From Desulfatiglandales bacterium (GTDB taxonomy: Bacteria; Desulfobacterota; DSM-4660; Desulfatiglandales; Desulfatiglandaceae): a DNA stretch of 64,000 nucleotides. Below, in pieces: positions 20,055-30,602 of this stretch. Each line of letters starts with the position of its first letter. The stretch's first letter is position 1. The position numbers were made by a program, and so were the translations under genes. Under the pieces are notes generated by a model, which saw nothing but the letters and a program-made list of their open reading frames with translations, did not search any database and was not told where the DNA came from. The DNA is taken from the NCBI GenBank assembly GCA_963666345.1, contig OY762721.1, positions 3,872,001 to 3,936,000 on the forward strand, written 5' to 3'.

Positions 20055-23000
20055 ATGGGTGGAAAGGCAAACAACTTCCAGTGGGACCACGAACATGTCC
20101 GTCGTATAAGAAAGGAAAAAGAAAGGTACAGAGGTGACAAGGATAAAGAGAACCTTTTAAAAATGGTCACCGAAAGTGTCTACAGCGAAGAAACCCATTA
20201 CGTTCTTGAGTTGATTCAGAATGCGGAGGACGAGGGGGCAAAAGCCATCACGTTCACCATTACGAATGATTCAATCATAGTTGAAAATGACGGAGAACCC
20301 TTCTCGGCTGATGATGTTTTCTCGATCTGTTCCGCTGGCCAGAGCAGAAAGGAAAATAAAATTGGCTTCTTCGGTATCGGTTTCAAGTCGGTCTTCAATA
20401 TCACCAAGAATCCTCAGGTTATATCAGGCAAGTATAATTTCCAGATAAGCGAATACATCTATCCTGACACGACCGATGAAGTGCCTGTTTCGATTGAGAG
20501 CTTCGACCAGTCAAGAGGAGCTTCCTTCGTTCTGCCAATCAATGCCATGAAAGGTTTAAATGGAAAGAGGCTTGCGAAAGGCCTCTACGAGGTGAATGAA
20601 AGACTGATGCTTTTCCTCCAAAGTTTGGAGAGAATAGTCTTAAATGACATGACAGGGGAGGAGGGGAAGACTTGGGAGATAAGGAAAGAGGAGCTTGTAG
20701 GTGGCTTCATAAGGATTGTGAATACGGGAACGGGATTAACCAGTACATGGAAAGTATTCAGGAAGACAGTAAGGGTACCACCTAACAAGGATATCCGGGT
20801 CAAGGGTAAGGAAAAGGCCGTGCGGTCGACGGTAGTCATAGCTTTTCCTCATCCGGTTGAAGACACTGATGTTAAGGCCGAGAAAGTCTATTGTTTCCTT
20901 CCCACAAGAACAAGGACAGACCTCCCTTTTCTTATACAGGGGGATTTCATTCCGACTCTCGGACGTGAGAGTATCGAGAAGAATGAGTGGAACCGTTGGC
21001 TTCTAAAGAAATTAGGGGAGCTTGCAGCCGAGAGCATTTTAGACATGAGAGAGGATAAGCTGTTCTCAAAACAGCTCTACAACCTAATTCCACTCCCGGA
21101 CGAGGTTTTGGACGAAATAATAAGAAAAGTCCCTGAAACTATATTAGCTAAGCTCCGGAAGAAGCGGATTGCAGCCTGCGAGGGCTCATGGGAAAAGATC
21201 CAAGATGCAGTAATGCTCGACCAAGGCTTAAGCGGGCTCATCTCAGAGAGGGACTTGAAAGCGTTTTACCGAAGGAAAGTACGCAAGGTCAAAGATGAAT
21301 TGGATGACAGGGCAAGAAAGGTCCTTACTGAGTTTGGTGCAAGACGGTTTGGTGTAAAAGAAATCGTGGGTTTGCTTAAGCTTACACAAGTCATCAGATC
21401 GAAGAAGGGGGAATGGTTCCTGGATGTCTATGACTACCTAAAAAGCAAAAAGAACGGCCATTGGAGGGGGAATAGTATCTGGAAAGAAATTCAGGTTTTG
21501 AAATTCCTGCGCACCAGCACCGGCGAGCTTGTAGCCCCCAAAGACGAGAGGAGGCCCTTCAGGCTGCTTACCCATTATCCGCAGAAGAAAGACATAGGCA
21601 ATCTGGATAAGATATTCGACGAGGGCGAGCTCATTTTTCTGGACAAATTCTTTCAGCTTGCGAAAAAGAGAGCCAATGCGCGAATAGATCCTGAGCTGGA
21701 GGAAAAGAGACGAAGGGTCAAGGATTTTCTCAAGGAATACGGCGTAGAAAAATTAATGGAGGAGTACCACATAATAGACAAGGTGGTTCTTAACAGCTTT
21801 GATTCCAGAAGATGTAAACGATTCAGCAAGAAGAAGCTTGTGATATTCACAAACTTTATCAGAGAAAACATGTCCCTCTATGCCAATAGAATAAGATCGC
21901 AGAGGTCAGGTATTTCTGATGACAAGGTATTCGAGGACATCAGACAGAGGCTGTTCCTCAAAGGGTTCTATTTCGAGAATGGTAAAAGAAAGGAGGACCT
22001 GTTCAGGCCCGAGGAGCTTTATTTCTATAAGATTAAAGGTGAAATCACGGATATCTATAAGCTTTTCAAAGGTATAGATGGAATGCCGTTCCTTTCCCCT
22101 GCCTATTATGAAGAAAAGTTCGTTAAGGGATATTCAACCGTCGATACCGGACAAAGGCGGGGAAGGGTGAGGGAGGTACCTGAATGGGACGATTTTTTCA
22201 GAGAAATGGGAGTCTGGTCTTCGCCGAGGCTGCTTGCTCAAGACATAAACATTGACGAGGGCGAACTGAAATACAAAAACATCTCTTTTCAGTATTCGAC
22301 AGAGGGTCACAAGCTGATTGATGACCACTATTTCCCGGACCTGAAGACCTTGGTCGAAAGCCTGGAACGCGAGAAACCTCAAACAAAGCATTCCAAAATG
22401 AAGGTGTTCCTGAATCTTGTTGGCAGAAGCTGGGACAGAGAGTACAAGAAAAGGGCAACGTCCAGATACAGACGGTTCTATTACACCCAATATATCACTG
22501 AAGTGAACTTCTCTTCATTCATCAACCAGATGAAGTGCCTAGAATGGGTACCAACGGAAAATCTGTTCAGTCTATTTAGGCCCGGGCAATGCTATGTGGG
22601 TACTTCGGAGAACAAACTCCTGCTCAGCGAGGATACCCCATTCGTTCTAAACTTGTCTGCATACAGGGCGTTATATAAGGCGATAGGGGTGAATGATTCT
22701 CCTACTACAGAACATCTCCTGAATTACCTAGTCGAGCTCAAGAAAGAATGGAAAGGTGATTATTTCCCCGCTGACTGGCTGGGGAAGATGGAAGCAATAT
22801 ACGGTTTCCTGTATGAAGATATCAAGAAGGACAAGGACCTTTTGGAATCGGCTGCGATATTACAGAAATTCCAGAGCGAGGATTTGATTTTTCTGCCAAC
22901 GGAAAGGAGAAACTGGTGGAGCATTAAGGACGTTTATTGGAATAAATTTGACAAGGTATTTTCATGGATGAAAGGCTACCTCTCCCCGGAGTATCGGCCT

Positions 23001-24608
23001 GAGCTTGAGGGCTTTTTCAGGGTAATAGGGGTCAAGCAATCCCCCGACCTTGAGGACCTTGTGGGCATTCTTGAAGAGATAAGACATTCATACGTTAAAA
23101 GGCCTACCGGTAAAGATGCGCTTGAGCTCAAAGGAATAATCGATCCTGTTTATAGTGAGATGTCGGAGAGACTTAAAGAGGCCATTCCAAACGAAGTAGC
23201 AGCGAATGTCCATCTATTTGACAATGAAATTTTCCTAGCCTCGGACAATAGCTTCGCATCACCAGGTGCGCTGGTTTACTGCGATAATGAGAAACTCAGA
23301 CGGATGTTCGGTGAAAACGCAAAGATCATGTGGCTGAGGTCTGATTGGAGAAAGCTTTCTCCCTTGTTTATAGAATCAAAAATTGACAGTCTTTCAAGCA
23401 GGGTGAGAGTGAAACTGGGGAAGGGGGTCGAAAGGGATATCACGGATGAAGAAAAGGAAACCATAAATTCACTATCTGAATATATTGGCGCATACATTAA
23501 ATACTTCGATCCAAGCGGTTACGCCACAGTTGAGAAAAACAATGAGCTTCGAAGGATTGGTGAAATGGAAGTCAAGCTGGTATCTAGCCTTTCCCTCAAG
23601 CATGTGTTTTCTCCGAAAGGGGATAAAAGAAGATTTACGGTCACTGAGCCTAATGCCGAAGCCCATTATGATGAGGGAAGCAATACTTTGTACGTGCTGG
23701 ATGCCGAAGATTGGTTAGAAAACTTCTGTATTACTATAGGTGGAGAGGTTTGCAGGATACTGAAGTCAACGAGCTTGCCAATCGGGACCCAGATAGAATC
23801 GCTTCTATCAGCAGGATGTGATGAGCAATTACGTGACAGGAAGTTTGCCTCGTTCGATATCCCGCAAGATGTCTTGAGGGATTTCATAGAGCCTGGCGAA
23901 CAAAGACTGAAGAAAGGAAAGGAATCAGCTTCAGGAGAAGCCGACAAAGATAAGCGTGAACCCGAGATAGATACTGACAACCAGAAAGAGGAAAGTGGTG
24001 AGAAGGATGTTACTAGGGGACGTAAACCTTCGGACACCTTCAGTTTCAAGGAAGAGGAATTGATATCCTCTGATGAAATCGTAAAATTCAGGTACAACAA
24101 GAAAGGCGAGACTGCCATAGATATCGATATAGAGAGGCAAAAAGGGAAGCCTCAAGGAAAGCCTAAATCCGGTTCCAGAGGTAGCGGGGGAACCACCAGA
24201 TTTTCAAAATCAGTTATCTCTAGGCATGAAACAGAAAGTAGGGCGATTGAAATAGTCGAGATGTACGAATCAGAAAGGGGGCGCGACCCAAAGGATGTAA
24301 GAAAGGATGGAGTAGGCTATGATGTCGATTCATCTGATAGGAAGATAGAAGTAAAATCATTCAAGGGCAGTCCCGGAGCAATAGAACTTTATTATAGCGA
24401 GTATGATGCAGCTAAAGTTTACGGCGAAGATTTCTATATTTATGTTGTGTATAATATGCTCAAGGGAAGCCAACCAAAGATAGAAATAATTAGAGACCCT
24501 TTTAATTCTGTGGTTTTTGTGGCCCAAAAGAGAACCGCTAAAAATTGGAAAAATTCTATTATAGAAGAAGTTGAAGTTTTGAGTAAAATTGAAGACAAGG
24601 TAGATTAG
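20055..24608 (+). CDS. Sacsin-like GHKL ATPase fused to C-terminal DUF3883/NO-VEIN PD-(D/E)XK nuclease
   Basis: ELIQNAED, NDGEPF, IGFFGIGFKSVF (GHKL motifs); C-terminal GYDVDS..RKIEVKS...SEY. Confidence 0.85.
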   Translation: MGGKANNFQWDHEHVRRIRKEKERYRGDKDKENLLKMVTESVYSEETHYVLELIQNAEDEGAKAITFTITNDSIIVENDGEPFSADDVFSICSAGQSRKENKIGFFGIGFKSVFNITKNPQVISGKYNFQISEYIYPDTTDEVPVSIESFDQSRGASFVLPINAMKGLNGKRLAKGLYEVNERLMLFLQSLERIVLNDMTGEEGKTWEIRKEELVGGFIRIVNTGTGLTSTWKVFRKTVRVPPNKDIRVKGKEKAVRSTVVIAFPHPVEDTDVKAEKVYCFLPTRTRTDLPFLIQGDFIPTLGRESIEKNEWNRWLLKKLGELAAESILDMREDKLFSKQLYNLIPLPDEVLDEIIRKVPETILAKLRKKRIAACEGSWEKIQDAVMLDQGLSGLISERDLKAFYRRKVRKVKDELDDRARKVLTEFGARRFGVKEIVGLLKLTQVIRSKKGEWFLDVYDYLKSKKNGHWRGNSIWKEIQVLKFLRTSTGELVAPKDERRPFRLLTHYPQKKDIGNLDKIFDEGELIFLDKFFQLAKKRANARIDPELEEKRRRVKDFLKEYGVEKLMEEYHIIDKVVLNSFDSRRCKRFSKKKLVIFTNFIRENMSLYANRIRSQRSGISDDKVFEDIRQRLFLKGFYFENGKRKEDLFRPEELYFYKIKGEITDIYKLFKGIDGMPFLSPAYYEEKFVKGYSTVDTGQRRGRVREVPEWDDFFREMGVWSSPRLLAQDINIDEGELKYKNISFQYSTEGHKLIDDHYFPDLKTLVESLEREKPQTKHSKMKVFLNLVGRSWDREYKKRATSRYRRFYYTQYITEVNFSSFINQMKCLEWVPTENLFSLFRPGQCYVGTSENKLLLSEDTPFVLNLSAYRALYKAIGVNDSPTTEHLLNYLVELKKEWKGDYFPADWLGKMEAIYGFLYEDIKKDKDLLESAAILQKFQSEDLIFLPTERRNWWSIKDVYWNKFDKVFSWMKGYLSPEYRPELEGFFRVIGVKQSPDLEDLVGILEEIRHSYVKRPTGKDALELKGIIDPVYSEMSERLKEAIPNEVAANVHLFDNEIFLASDNSFASPGALVYCDNEKLRRMFGENAKIMWLRSDWRKLSPLFIESKIDSLSSRVRVKLGKGVERDITDEEKETINSLSEYIGAYIKYFDPSGYATVEKNNELRRIGEMEVKLVSSLSLKHVFSPKGDKRRFTVTEPNAEAHYDEGSNTLYVLDAEDWLENFCITIGGEVCRILKSTSLPIGTQIESLLSAGCDEQLRDRKFASFDIPQDVLRDFIEPGEQRLKKGKESASGEADKDKREPEIDTDNQKEESGEKDVTRGRKPSDTFSFKEEELISSDEIVKFRYNKKGETAIDIDIERQKGKPQGKPKSGSRGSGGTTRFSKSVISRHETESRAIEIVEMYESERGRDPKDVRKDGVGYDVDSSDRKIEVKSFKGSPGAIELYYSEYDAAKVYGEDFYIYVVYNMLKGSQPKIEIIRDPFNSVVFVAQKRTAKNWKNSIIEEVEVLSKIEDKVD

Positions 24609-25123
24609 GTGAATCGCAGGTAAAAAAAGCGTTTCGACGGTCTCACTCTCAGATGAGAGCGACTAGATTGTAAAAGAGGGACGGTGTTGATTTGTTGCGT
24701 TTCCCGCTGAGGGTTTAACGGCCTTTTGAAATAGTTCCCAGAATGTGGACGGGCGGGCAGGCTGTATGTTTTTCCTGACGCATATTTTCCTAAGCAACCT
24801 TTAAAGGGCAATCTCCATGGCCTGTAACAGACCTATGGCTTTACGCCTTACATACAGGTCATTATACTGTATAAAGACCATGGAAAAATATGGTGAAAAA
24901 TAACTGCTAGAAAAGTCCCAATGCTTTCTAAAAACCGCTTTCCGGCAGGACTTCAGTGCTCCACAACCACCTGGAACACCACGTTTCCAGCCGCCGGAAA
25001 GGTTCGGTTGCAGGCGGGTTTTTTTCATGTCCTCGATCAGTTTCGTTTGTTCCGTTTTGGCAAGACTTGAGGTGCAGGCTCACGTCGGATATAATACAAA
25101 CCGTGCCGGCACAAGGAGGCTCC

Positions 25124-25342
25124 ATGAAGGATATCATCGTTCAATGCACGTGTGGGCGGAAATGCCGGGTTGATGCCTCGGATGGATCCACCTGGCGATG
25201 CCCAGAGTGCGGAAGAATCGTCAGCCTTCCCAGCAAGGAGAATGATCCCTCCCGAAGGGACAGCATGGAAAGCTTTGTCGATGCGACTTTTGAGCTCTTA
25301 AACGAGGTAGACGGGGCTTTTCCCACGTCCGGGGCGCGGTGA
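25124..25342 (+). CDS. 72-aa Zn-ribbon microprotein, copy 1
   Basis: AAGGAGG RBS; CTCG...WRCPECG; near-identical copy at 53669-53887. Confidence 0.75.
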   Translation: MKDIIVQCTCGRKCRVDASDGSTWRCPECGRIVSLPSKENDPSRRDSMESFVDATFELLNEVDGAFPTSGAR

Positions 25343-25775
25343 TTGCCCGGTGCAGGATTTCAAGAAAGGCCTTCCGCTCATAACAAAACCGTAATGGCTG
25401 CAACGAGAAGCATCGTCTGTCCTACTTCATAATGATCGCAGTCCTCGGGGTTGTACTCGTCCTCGCCGCTGAAGCGTGAGCTAAGCTCCTCGAGGTGAAC
25501 AAGGTGGCCGAGCATGCCAAGCTTGTAACGCGTACCTGAAAAGCACGATCGAATCGGACCGGGATTGCTAAATTCACAAAATTTACATAAAAAAAATTAT
25601 AGCAAATTCTACCAGAGGATTTAACCTTTATTTTTCCTTCCCCTTATCAGGCATACCCCAAAACATCACTATGTGTATCTGGTCTGGAATTTACAGGGCT
25701 GGAAGAATACAGATCAGCATCAATTGGCTGTGATTATAGCCCCTGTGTCCAAAAGTAATATTTTATGTGGTATCG

Positions 25776-25811
25776 AGGGTTGTCAACTGAAAGAAAGTGA
25801 CAACCCTTTTC
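25776..25811 (+). terminator. Intrinsic terminator-like hairpin
   Basis: AGGGTTGTCA-N12-TGACAACCCT followed by T residues. Confidence 0.5.
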
Positions 25812-26006
25812 TTGGCCTAGGTGTTATATCGAAAGGTTGAAGCTTGGTCAGTTATGCTTGAACACTGGTATGGTCCAATTGCCAGGTGTCAATTTTAGAT
25901 GAATATTTTAAGATATTCTTTTATGCGATGGAATATCAAAAGGGTATAAGGGGAAACGATTTTTCTCCCTAACATCGGGAAATGCAAAAAAGACATAAAA
26001 AAGTAC

Positions 26007-26035
26007 TTGACAAATATGTCATGAGAGGTTAGTTT
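26007..26035 (+). promoter_or_regulatory. Sigma70-type promoter of the IclR/reductase operon
   Basis: TTGACA (26007-26012), 17-nt spacer, TAGTTT (26030-26035). Confidence 0.6.
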
Positions 26036-26055
26036 TGTACAAAAGTATAAATAAC

Positions 26056-26070
26056 TTACGCAGAGCGTAA
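26056..26070. promoter_or_regulatory. Palindromic operator, probably bound by the adjacent IclR regulator
   Basis: TTACGC-AGA-GCGTAA perfect inverted repeat between promoter and iclR start codon. Confidence 0.55.
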
Positions 26071-26079
26071 TTATCTATT

Positions 26080-26886
26080 ATGGAACGAACAAAAGAACAT
26101 AGATATTTTATTCAGTCCTTGGCTAAAGGATTGGCTGTATTTGAGGCTCTTGCAGAGGCACAGTCTCCTATTACTCTTTCAGAGATCGCCCAGGCTCTTG
26201 GTACTAATAATGCTACGGCAACGAGGCTCTGTTATACCTTAACGAAATTGGGATTCCTCAGTCGTGATAAACAGAAGCTGTACCACTTAACACCAAAAGT
26301 TCTTGCTTTAGGATCTCACTCCATATGTACTTTGGGTTGGCAAAATATAGCTCAATACTATTTGGAGAATCTTTTCGAGGAGATTCAGGAAACGGTAAGC
26401 CTGTCGATTTTAGACGGTATGGATGTTTTGTATGTAATCAGAATCAGAAAAGAACGCCATCTGCCTTTTGATATTCGGATAGGAACCAAGCTTAAAGTAT
26501 ATTACTCAGCAATGGGAAAGGTGCTTATGGCAATGGGAAATCAAGAAAAAACGCAAAATATATTAAAAGCATTAACCTTTGACCCTTTAACTAATCATAC
26601 TATTAATAGCTTAGATAACTTTTGTGTGGAATTGGATGAGGTTCGGAAAAGAGGTTATGCCATTAATGATGAAGAACTTTCCATCGGAAATCGTGCAATT
26701 GCAGCTCCTTTGGTTGATGCAGAAGATGTTGCAGTGGCAGCGATAAACATCGCTGTTCCGACCATACGATACAGCAGAATGGATTTGGAGGAACGTCTTG
26801 CACCTAAATTAATTAAGGTTTCAGGGGAAATTTCCAAAGCTTTGATTCAATCAGATATGTCTATCGTTTTAGGCGAAGAAACTTAG
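26080..26886 (+). CDS. IclR-family transcriptional regulator (PcaR/PobR-like)
   Basis: IQSLAKGLAVFE HTH start; SAMGKVLMA; VRKRGYAINDEEL..G.RAIAAP. Confidence 0.95.
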   Translation: MERTKEHRYFIQSLAKGLAVFEALAEAQSPITLSEIAQALGTNNATATRLCYTLTKLGFLSRDKQKLYHLTPKVLALGSHSICTLGWQNIAQYYLENLFEEIQETVSLSILDGMDVLYVIRIRKERHLPFDIRIGTKLKVYYSAMGKVLMAMGNQEKTQNILKALTFDPLTNHTINSLDNFCVELDEVRKRGYAINDEELSIGNRAIAAPLVDAEDVAVAAINIAVPTIRYSRMDLEERLAPKLIKVSGEISKALIQSDMSIVLGEET

Positions 26887-26992
26887 ATGAGTACCAAGTC
26901 AGTTTTATGTATGCAAAACATGCGGTCAGAGATGCAGATATTGAAATAAATAAACAATAAAAACCAAAAATATATTTTTAGGGAGGCACTGG

Positions 26993-27487
26993 ATGAACAA
27001 CTGGTTGAAAGGTAAAAAGGCCGTAGTTATCGGAGAAAGGGATGGAGTTCAGGGGCCATCAATTGCAAAGTGTCTTGAGGCAGCAGGTTCAGACGTCGTA
27101 TACGCTGTGACTGAGTGCTTTGTCTGAACGGCTGCCGGAACAATGGATGCGGAAAATCAAGCCCGAGTGAAGAACATCGCTGAAGATTCGAGTGATGAAG
27201 ATAGCTCAAACAACATCATTGTTGTGCTAGGCGCTAGTGATATAGAAGGGGCATTGATTTCAGCGGAAACGGTCACTGAAGGTGACCCGAGCTTTACCGG
27301 TCCATTGGCAGGGGTCTCGTTGAGGCTCCCAGTTTACCATATATTGGAACCAGAGATGAGGGATGCCATTCCAGAGGGAATCTATGAGGAAAATGTTGGG
27401 ATTTGGGCAATGACTGTGGACACCGACACGATAGGCGAGGAGTTCAGAGCAATTCGTGAAAAAGCTTTGAGAAAATCTTCTGGATAG
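26993..27487 (+). CDS. grdA: Glycine/sarcosine/betaine reductase selenoprotein A (Sec at codon 45, TGA 27125-27127)
   Basis: GGGAGG RBS; ATG 26993 reads MNNWLKGKKAVVIGERDGVQGPSIAKCLE...TECFV-U-TAAGTMD...ETVTEGDPSFTGPLAGV in frame with ORF 27143-27487; CxxU motif. Confidence 0.93.
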
Positions 27488-27533
27488 AATTGAAAATTTA
27501 TTGCAATGGAAACATAGATAGAGGAATTCCAAA

Positions 27534-28826
27534 ATGAGACTTCAGATCGAATCCATTGATATAAAAGATGTAAAGGTTGGCTCAAAGAGTTATGTGCTTG
27601 AACATGTGTTGCATCTTAGTCTTCTTGATTTAAAGGAGTTAATTTTAAAAGACGTCAGAATCAGTTCTGTTGAAGTCGATGTGGTATTTCCAGGCGATCA
27701 GGTACGCATTGTAAATTTGGTTGATGTGATTCAGCCACGATGTAAGATAGATCTAGAGGATGCGGATTTCCCCGGTTTTATTGGAAAAGTTAATACGGCT
27801 GGTCATGGGAGAACAAGGTCTCTCCGGGGTGTAGCCGTTCTGGTAGCCGACCCCCAGACTACGAGGAAGTATTCTGCATTTCTCGATATGGCTGGTCCAG
27901 CGGCCAAGCTCAGCCGCTATGCTAAAATGCCGAATATCGTAGTTGCCCCACAGAAGACAGAAAATACGGAGGAACGGGATTTTGAGGACGCCGTAAAGAT
28001 AGCGGGGCTGAAGACAGCGGTTTATTTGGCTCAGGCCGCTGAGGGTCATCCAGTTGATGACACTGAGGTATTCGATCTTGATCTGCCTCGCTTGCCAAAG
28101 GATTCGAACCTTCCCCGAATTGCCTATTACTATCAGCTCTACAGCCCTCAGCACGATCATCATGGCATTTCAGACAAGTGCTTTTATGGTATTGAGGTTG
28201 GCAATCTTCTTCCTACCATAATCCATCCGAATGAAATCCTGGATGGTGGAGTAACCGGCCATCAAACGATCAGAAGTCTTGACACTTACAGCATCCAGAA
28301 CCATGGCGTCGTCAAGGAACTGTATCGACGTCATGGGAAGGATTTGCTCTTCGCTGGCGTCGTTTGCGGGGTGGCGAACATGGAGCCTGTTCAGCGGCAA
28401 CGCAAAGCGATGATGGCTGCAAACCTCATTGCTCACGTGCTAGGGGCCAACGGCTCGATCCTCACGAAAATTCATGGTGGTATGCCACATGTTGATCTCG
28501 CCTTGGTCGGAGAAGAGTGTGAAAAGCGGGGAGTGAAAACAACGTTGTTCGTACAGCCGCTGGTTAGCCAGGGTACACTGTCTGAGACCTCTCTGTTCAG
28601 CTCCGAGTTGCTCGATGCTATAATTGTAGTAGGCGCCACTCAGGAGAGGATCAAGGTGCGATTTCAGCCGGAGAGAATCCTAGGTGGCACAAAGGAGACG
28701 CATCTTTTTACCCCGGATCCATTTGTTCAAAAAGCTGGGGAATCCGTCATAGACACAGAAGAGTTTCTGATAGCCGGTATTCATGACCACATAGGCGGGG
28801 CAAAGATTATCGCAACCGAGTACTAG
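27534..28826 (+). CDS. Reductase component B proprotein-like subunit (GrdE/GrdG/GrdI family)
   Basis: PGDQVRIVNLVDVIQPRCK, AGLKTAVYLA, PTIIHPNEILDG, QNH.VVKELY.RHGK; the usual SGNCVSAC segment is replaced. Confidence 0.9.
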   Translation: MRLQIESIDIKDVKVGSKSYVLEHVLHLSLLDLKELILKDVRISSVEVDVVFPGDQVRIVNLVDVIQPRCKIDLEDADFPGFIGKVNTAGHGRTRSLRGVAVLVADPQTTRKYSAFLDMAGPAAKLSRYAKMPNIVVAPQKTENTEERDFEDAVKIAGLKTAVYLAQAAEGHPVDDTEVFDLDLPRLPKDSNLPRIAYYYQLYSPQHDHHGISDKCFYGIEVGNLLPTIIHPNEILDGGVTGHQTIRSLDTYSIQNHGVVKELYRRHGKDLLFAGVVCGVANMEPVQRQRKAMMAANLIAHVLGANGSILTKIHGGMPHVDLALVGEECEKRGVKTTLFVQPLVSQGTLSETSLFSSELLDAIIVVGATQERIKVRFQPERILGGTKETHLFTPDPFVQKAGESVIDTEEFLIAGIHDHIGGAKIIATEY

Positions 28827-28852
28827 TTCGAACGTTAGGAAGGAAAGAAACC

Positions 28853-30214
28853 ATGAGCGATAAGAAATTGAGAGTAGCTTACTATCTCAACCAGTTTTTT
28901 GGTCAGGAGGGGCGTGAGGAGAAGGCTGACATGAAGCTGATGCTCAAAGAAGGGTCGGTGGGCCCTGGCTTGGCTCTTCAGAATGCTTTGGGGGGAGAGG
29001 CAGAGGTGGTAGCCACCATAGTCGGCGGTGATAACTACGTGGCTACCCATACGGAGGATGCCTCAGCTGAAGTCCTCAGGCTTCTAAAACCCTACAAAAT
29101 CGATTTGTTCTTCGCGGGACCTGCATTTGAGGCAGGACGTTATGGTATAAGCTGCGGGGCCTTGTGTAAAGCAGTGGGAGAAGCGCTTGGGATTCCGGCA
29201 ATTACCGGAATGTATGAGGAAAATCCAGGAGTGGAACTCTACCGAAAGACCAGTTATGTCGTCAAGACAGGGAATTCGGCTATAAAAATGGCCGCAGATC
29301 TGGGGAGAATGGTGGCAATTGGAAGGAAGTTGCTAGGTGAGATAGATGCATCGAGGCTGCTTTCAGGGGAAACGATTGGGCAACCTTCGGAGGATGGGTA
29401 TTTCCCGCGTGGGTTGGTTAAAAATGAATATGTGGAAAAGACGGCTGCTGAACGCGGGGTAGATATGCTCCTAGCGAAACTGGGAAATCTGGACTTTGTC
29501 AGCGAGTTGCCGTTGCCCAAATTTGAAAGGATACCACCTCCGCCTCCGGTAATGGACATCACTTCCTGCGAGGTTGCTCTCGTGAGTGATGGTGGCCTGT
29601 GTCCGAAGGGGAATCCGAATGGCTTGAGCGGTCGGGGAAACAAGATTTGGTGCACCTACGAAATAGATAGCTTATTCTCGAAGGATGTTACTGAGATCGA
29701 GTGCGAAGTGGTACACACCGGATACTATCCGCTGGAGGTTATGGAGAATCCTTTCAGACTGGTACCTGTTGACGTTCTACGGGACCTCGAAAGGGAAGGA
29801 GTTATAGGAAAACTGCACCCAACCTACTTCTGTACCTCCGGCAATGCTACGATCGCAAAGGTGTGTAAGGACATGGGCGATGAGATAGCTACTGAACTCC
29901 TTAACAGAGGTATTCAGGCTGTCATCCTTACGTCAACATGAGGTTCAAGCACTCGTTGCGGGTCAACGATTGCCTCAGCCATAGAAAAAATAGGCATTCC
30001 TGTTGTACAGATTACCGCGGTACCACCAGTGGCTAAAATGGTGGGAGTTAATCGCGCTCTCCGGGGGCAAAAGGTTACCAATGTATTGGGCGATAGTAAT
30101 TTACCTCCGGATAAGGAGAAAGAGCTAAGGCGACGTTACATCAATCGTTCCCTTGAAATCCTGCAATTAAATGTAAAAGAACCACAAATGTTCACGTTGG
30201 ACGGAATAGAATAG
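28853..30214 (+). CDS. Reductase selenoprotein B (GrdB/GrdF/GrdH family; Sec at codon 363, TGA 29939-29941)
   Basis: YYLNQFFGQ.G.EEKAD, AGPAF.AGRYG, ILTST-U-GSSTRCGSTIA...IEK.GIPVVQIT; reads through into ORF 30029-30214. Confidence 0.93.
29949..29973 (+). promoter_or_regulatory. Bacterial SECIS hairpin of selenoprotein B gene
   Basis: GCA-C-TCGTTG[CGGGT]CAACGA-T-TGC stem-loop with a G-containing loop starting 18 nt after the UGA. Confidence 0.7.
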
Positions 30215-30255
30215 AATAAATTCCGAAGGCAATTTGCCAAGGAGAGGAGCGATAT

Positions 30256-30579
30256 ATGGCAAACGAAATAACTGGCGAAAAGTTCGATGAACAAGTTGTT
30301 CAGTCTGAACGGCCTGTACTTGTTGATTTTTGGGGGCCCCTGTGTGGTCCCTGCTTGGCTATGATGCCAGCAGTGGAGGAACTAGAGCGTAAGTACGCTG
30401 ATAAAATCAAGCTCGTCAAAATAGATGCGTCCCGGAACAAGAGATTCTGTTTAACTCTAAAGGTTTTAGGCCTTCCCACCTATCTATTTTATAAAGATGG
30501 CAAAGAGGTGGGTCGTCTTACCGGAGAACATGCTGCCATTGACAACATCGAAGCTACATTGAAGAAGATGATTGGGTAG
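30256..30579 (+). CDS. trxA: Thioredoxin
   Basis: VLVDFWGPLCGPC, GLPT. Confidence 0.95.
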   Translation: MANEITGEKFDEQVVQSERPVLVDFWGPLCGPCLAMMPAVEELERKYADKIKLVKIDASRNKRFCLTLKVLGLPTYLFYKDGKEVGRLTGEHAAIDNIEATLKKMIG

Positions 30580-30602
30580 AATAAAGGAGTGAAAATATAG
30601 CA

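Noticed and set aside
24940..25030. tRNA-Sec or riboswitch near GGACTTCA and downstream hairpins
   Set aside because: No cloverleaf or T-arm can be built; only two short hairpins and a T-run, at most a terminator.
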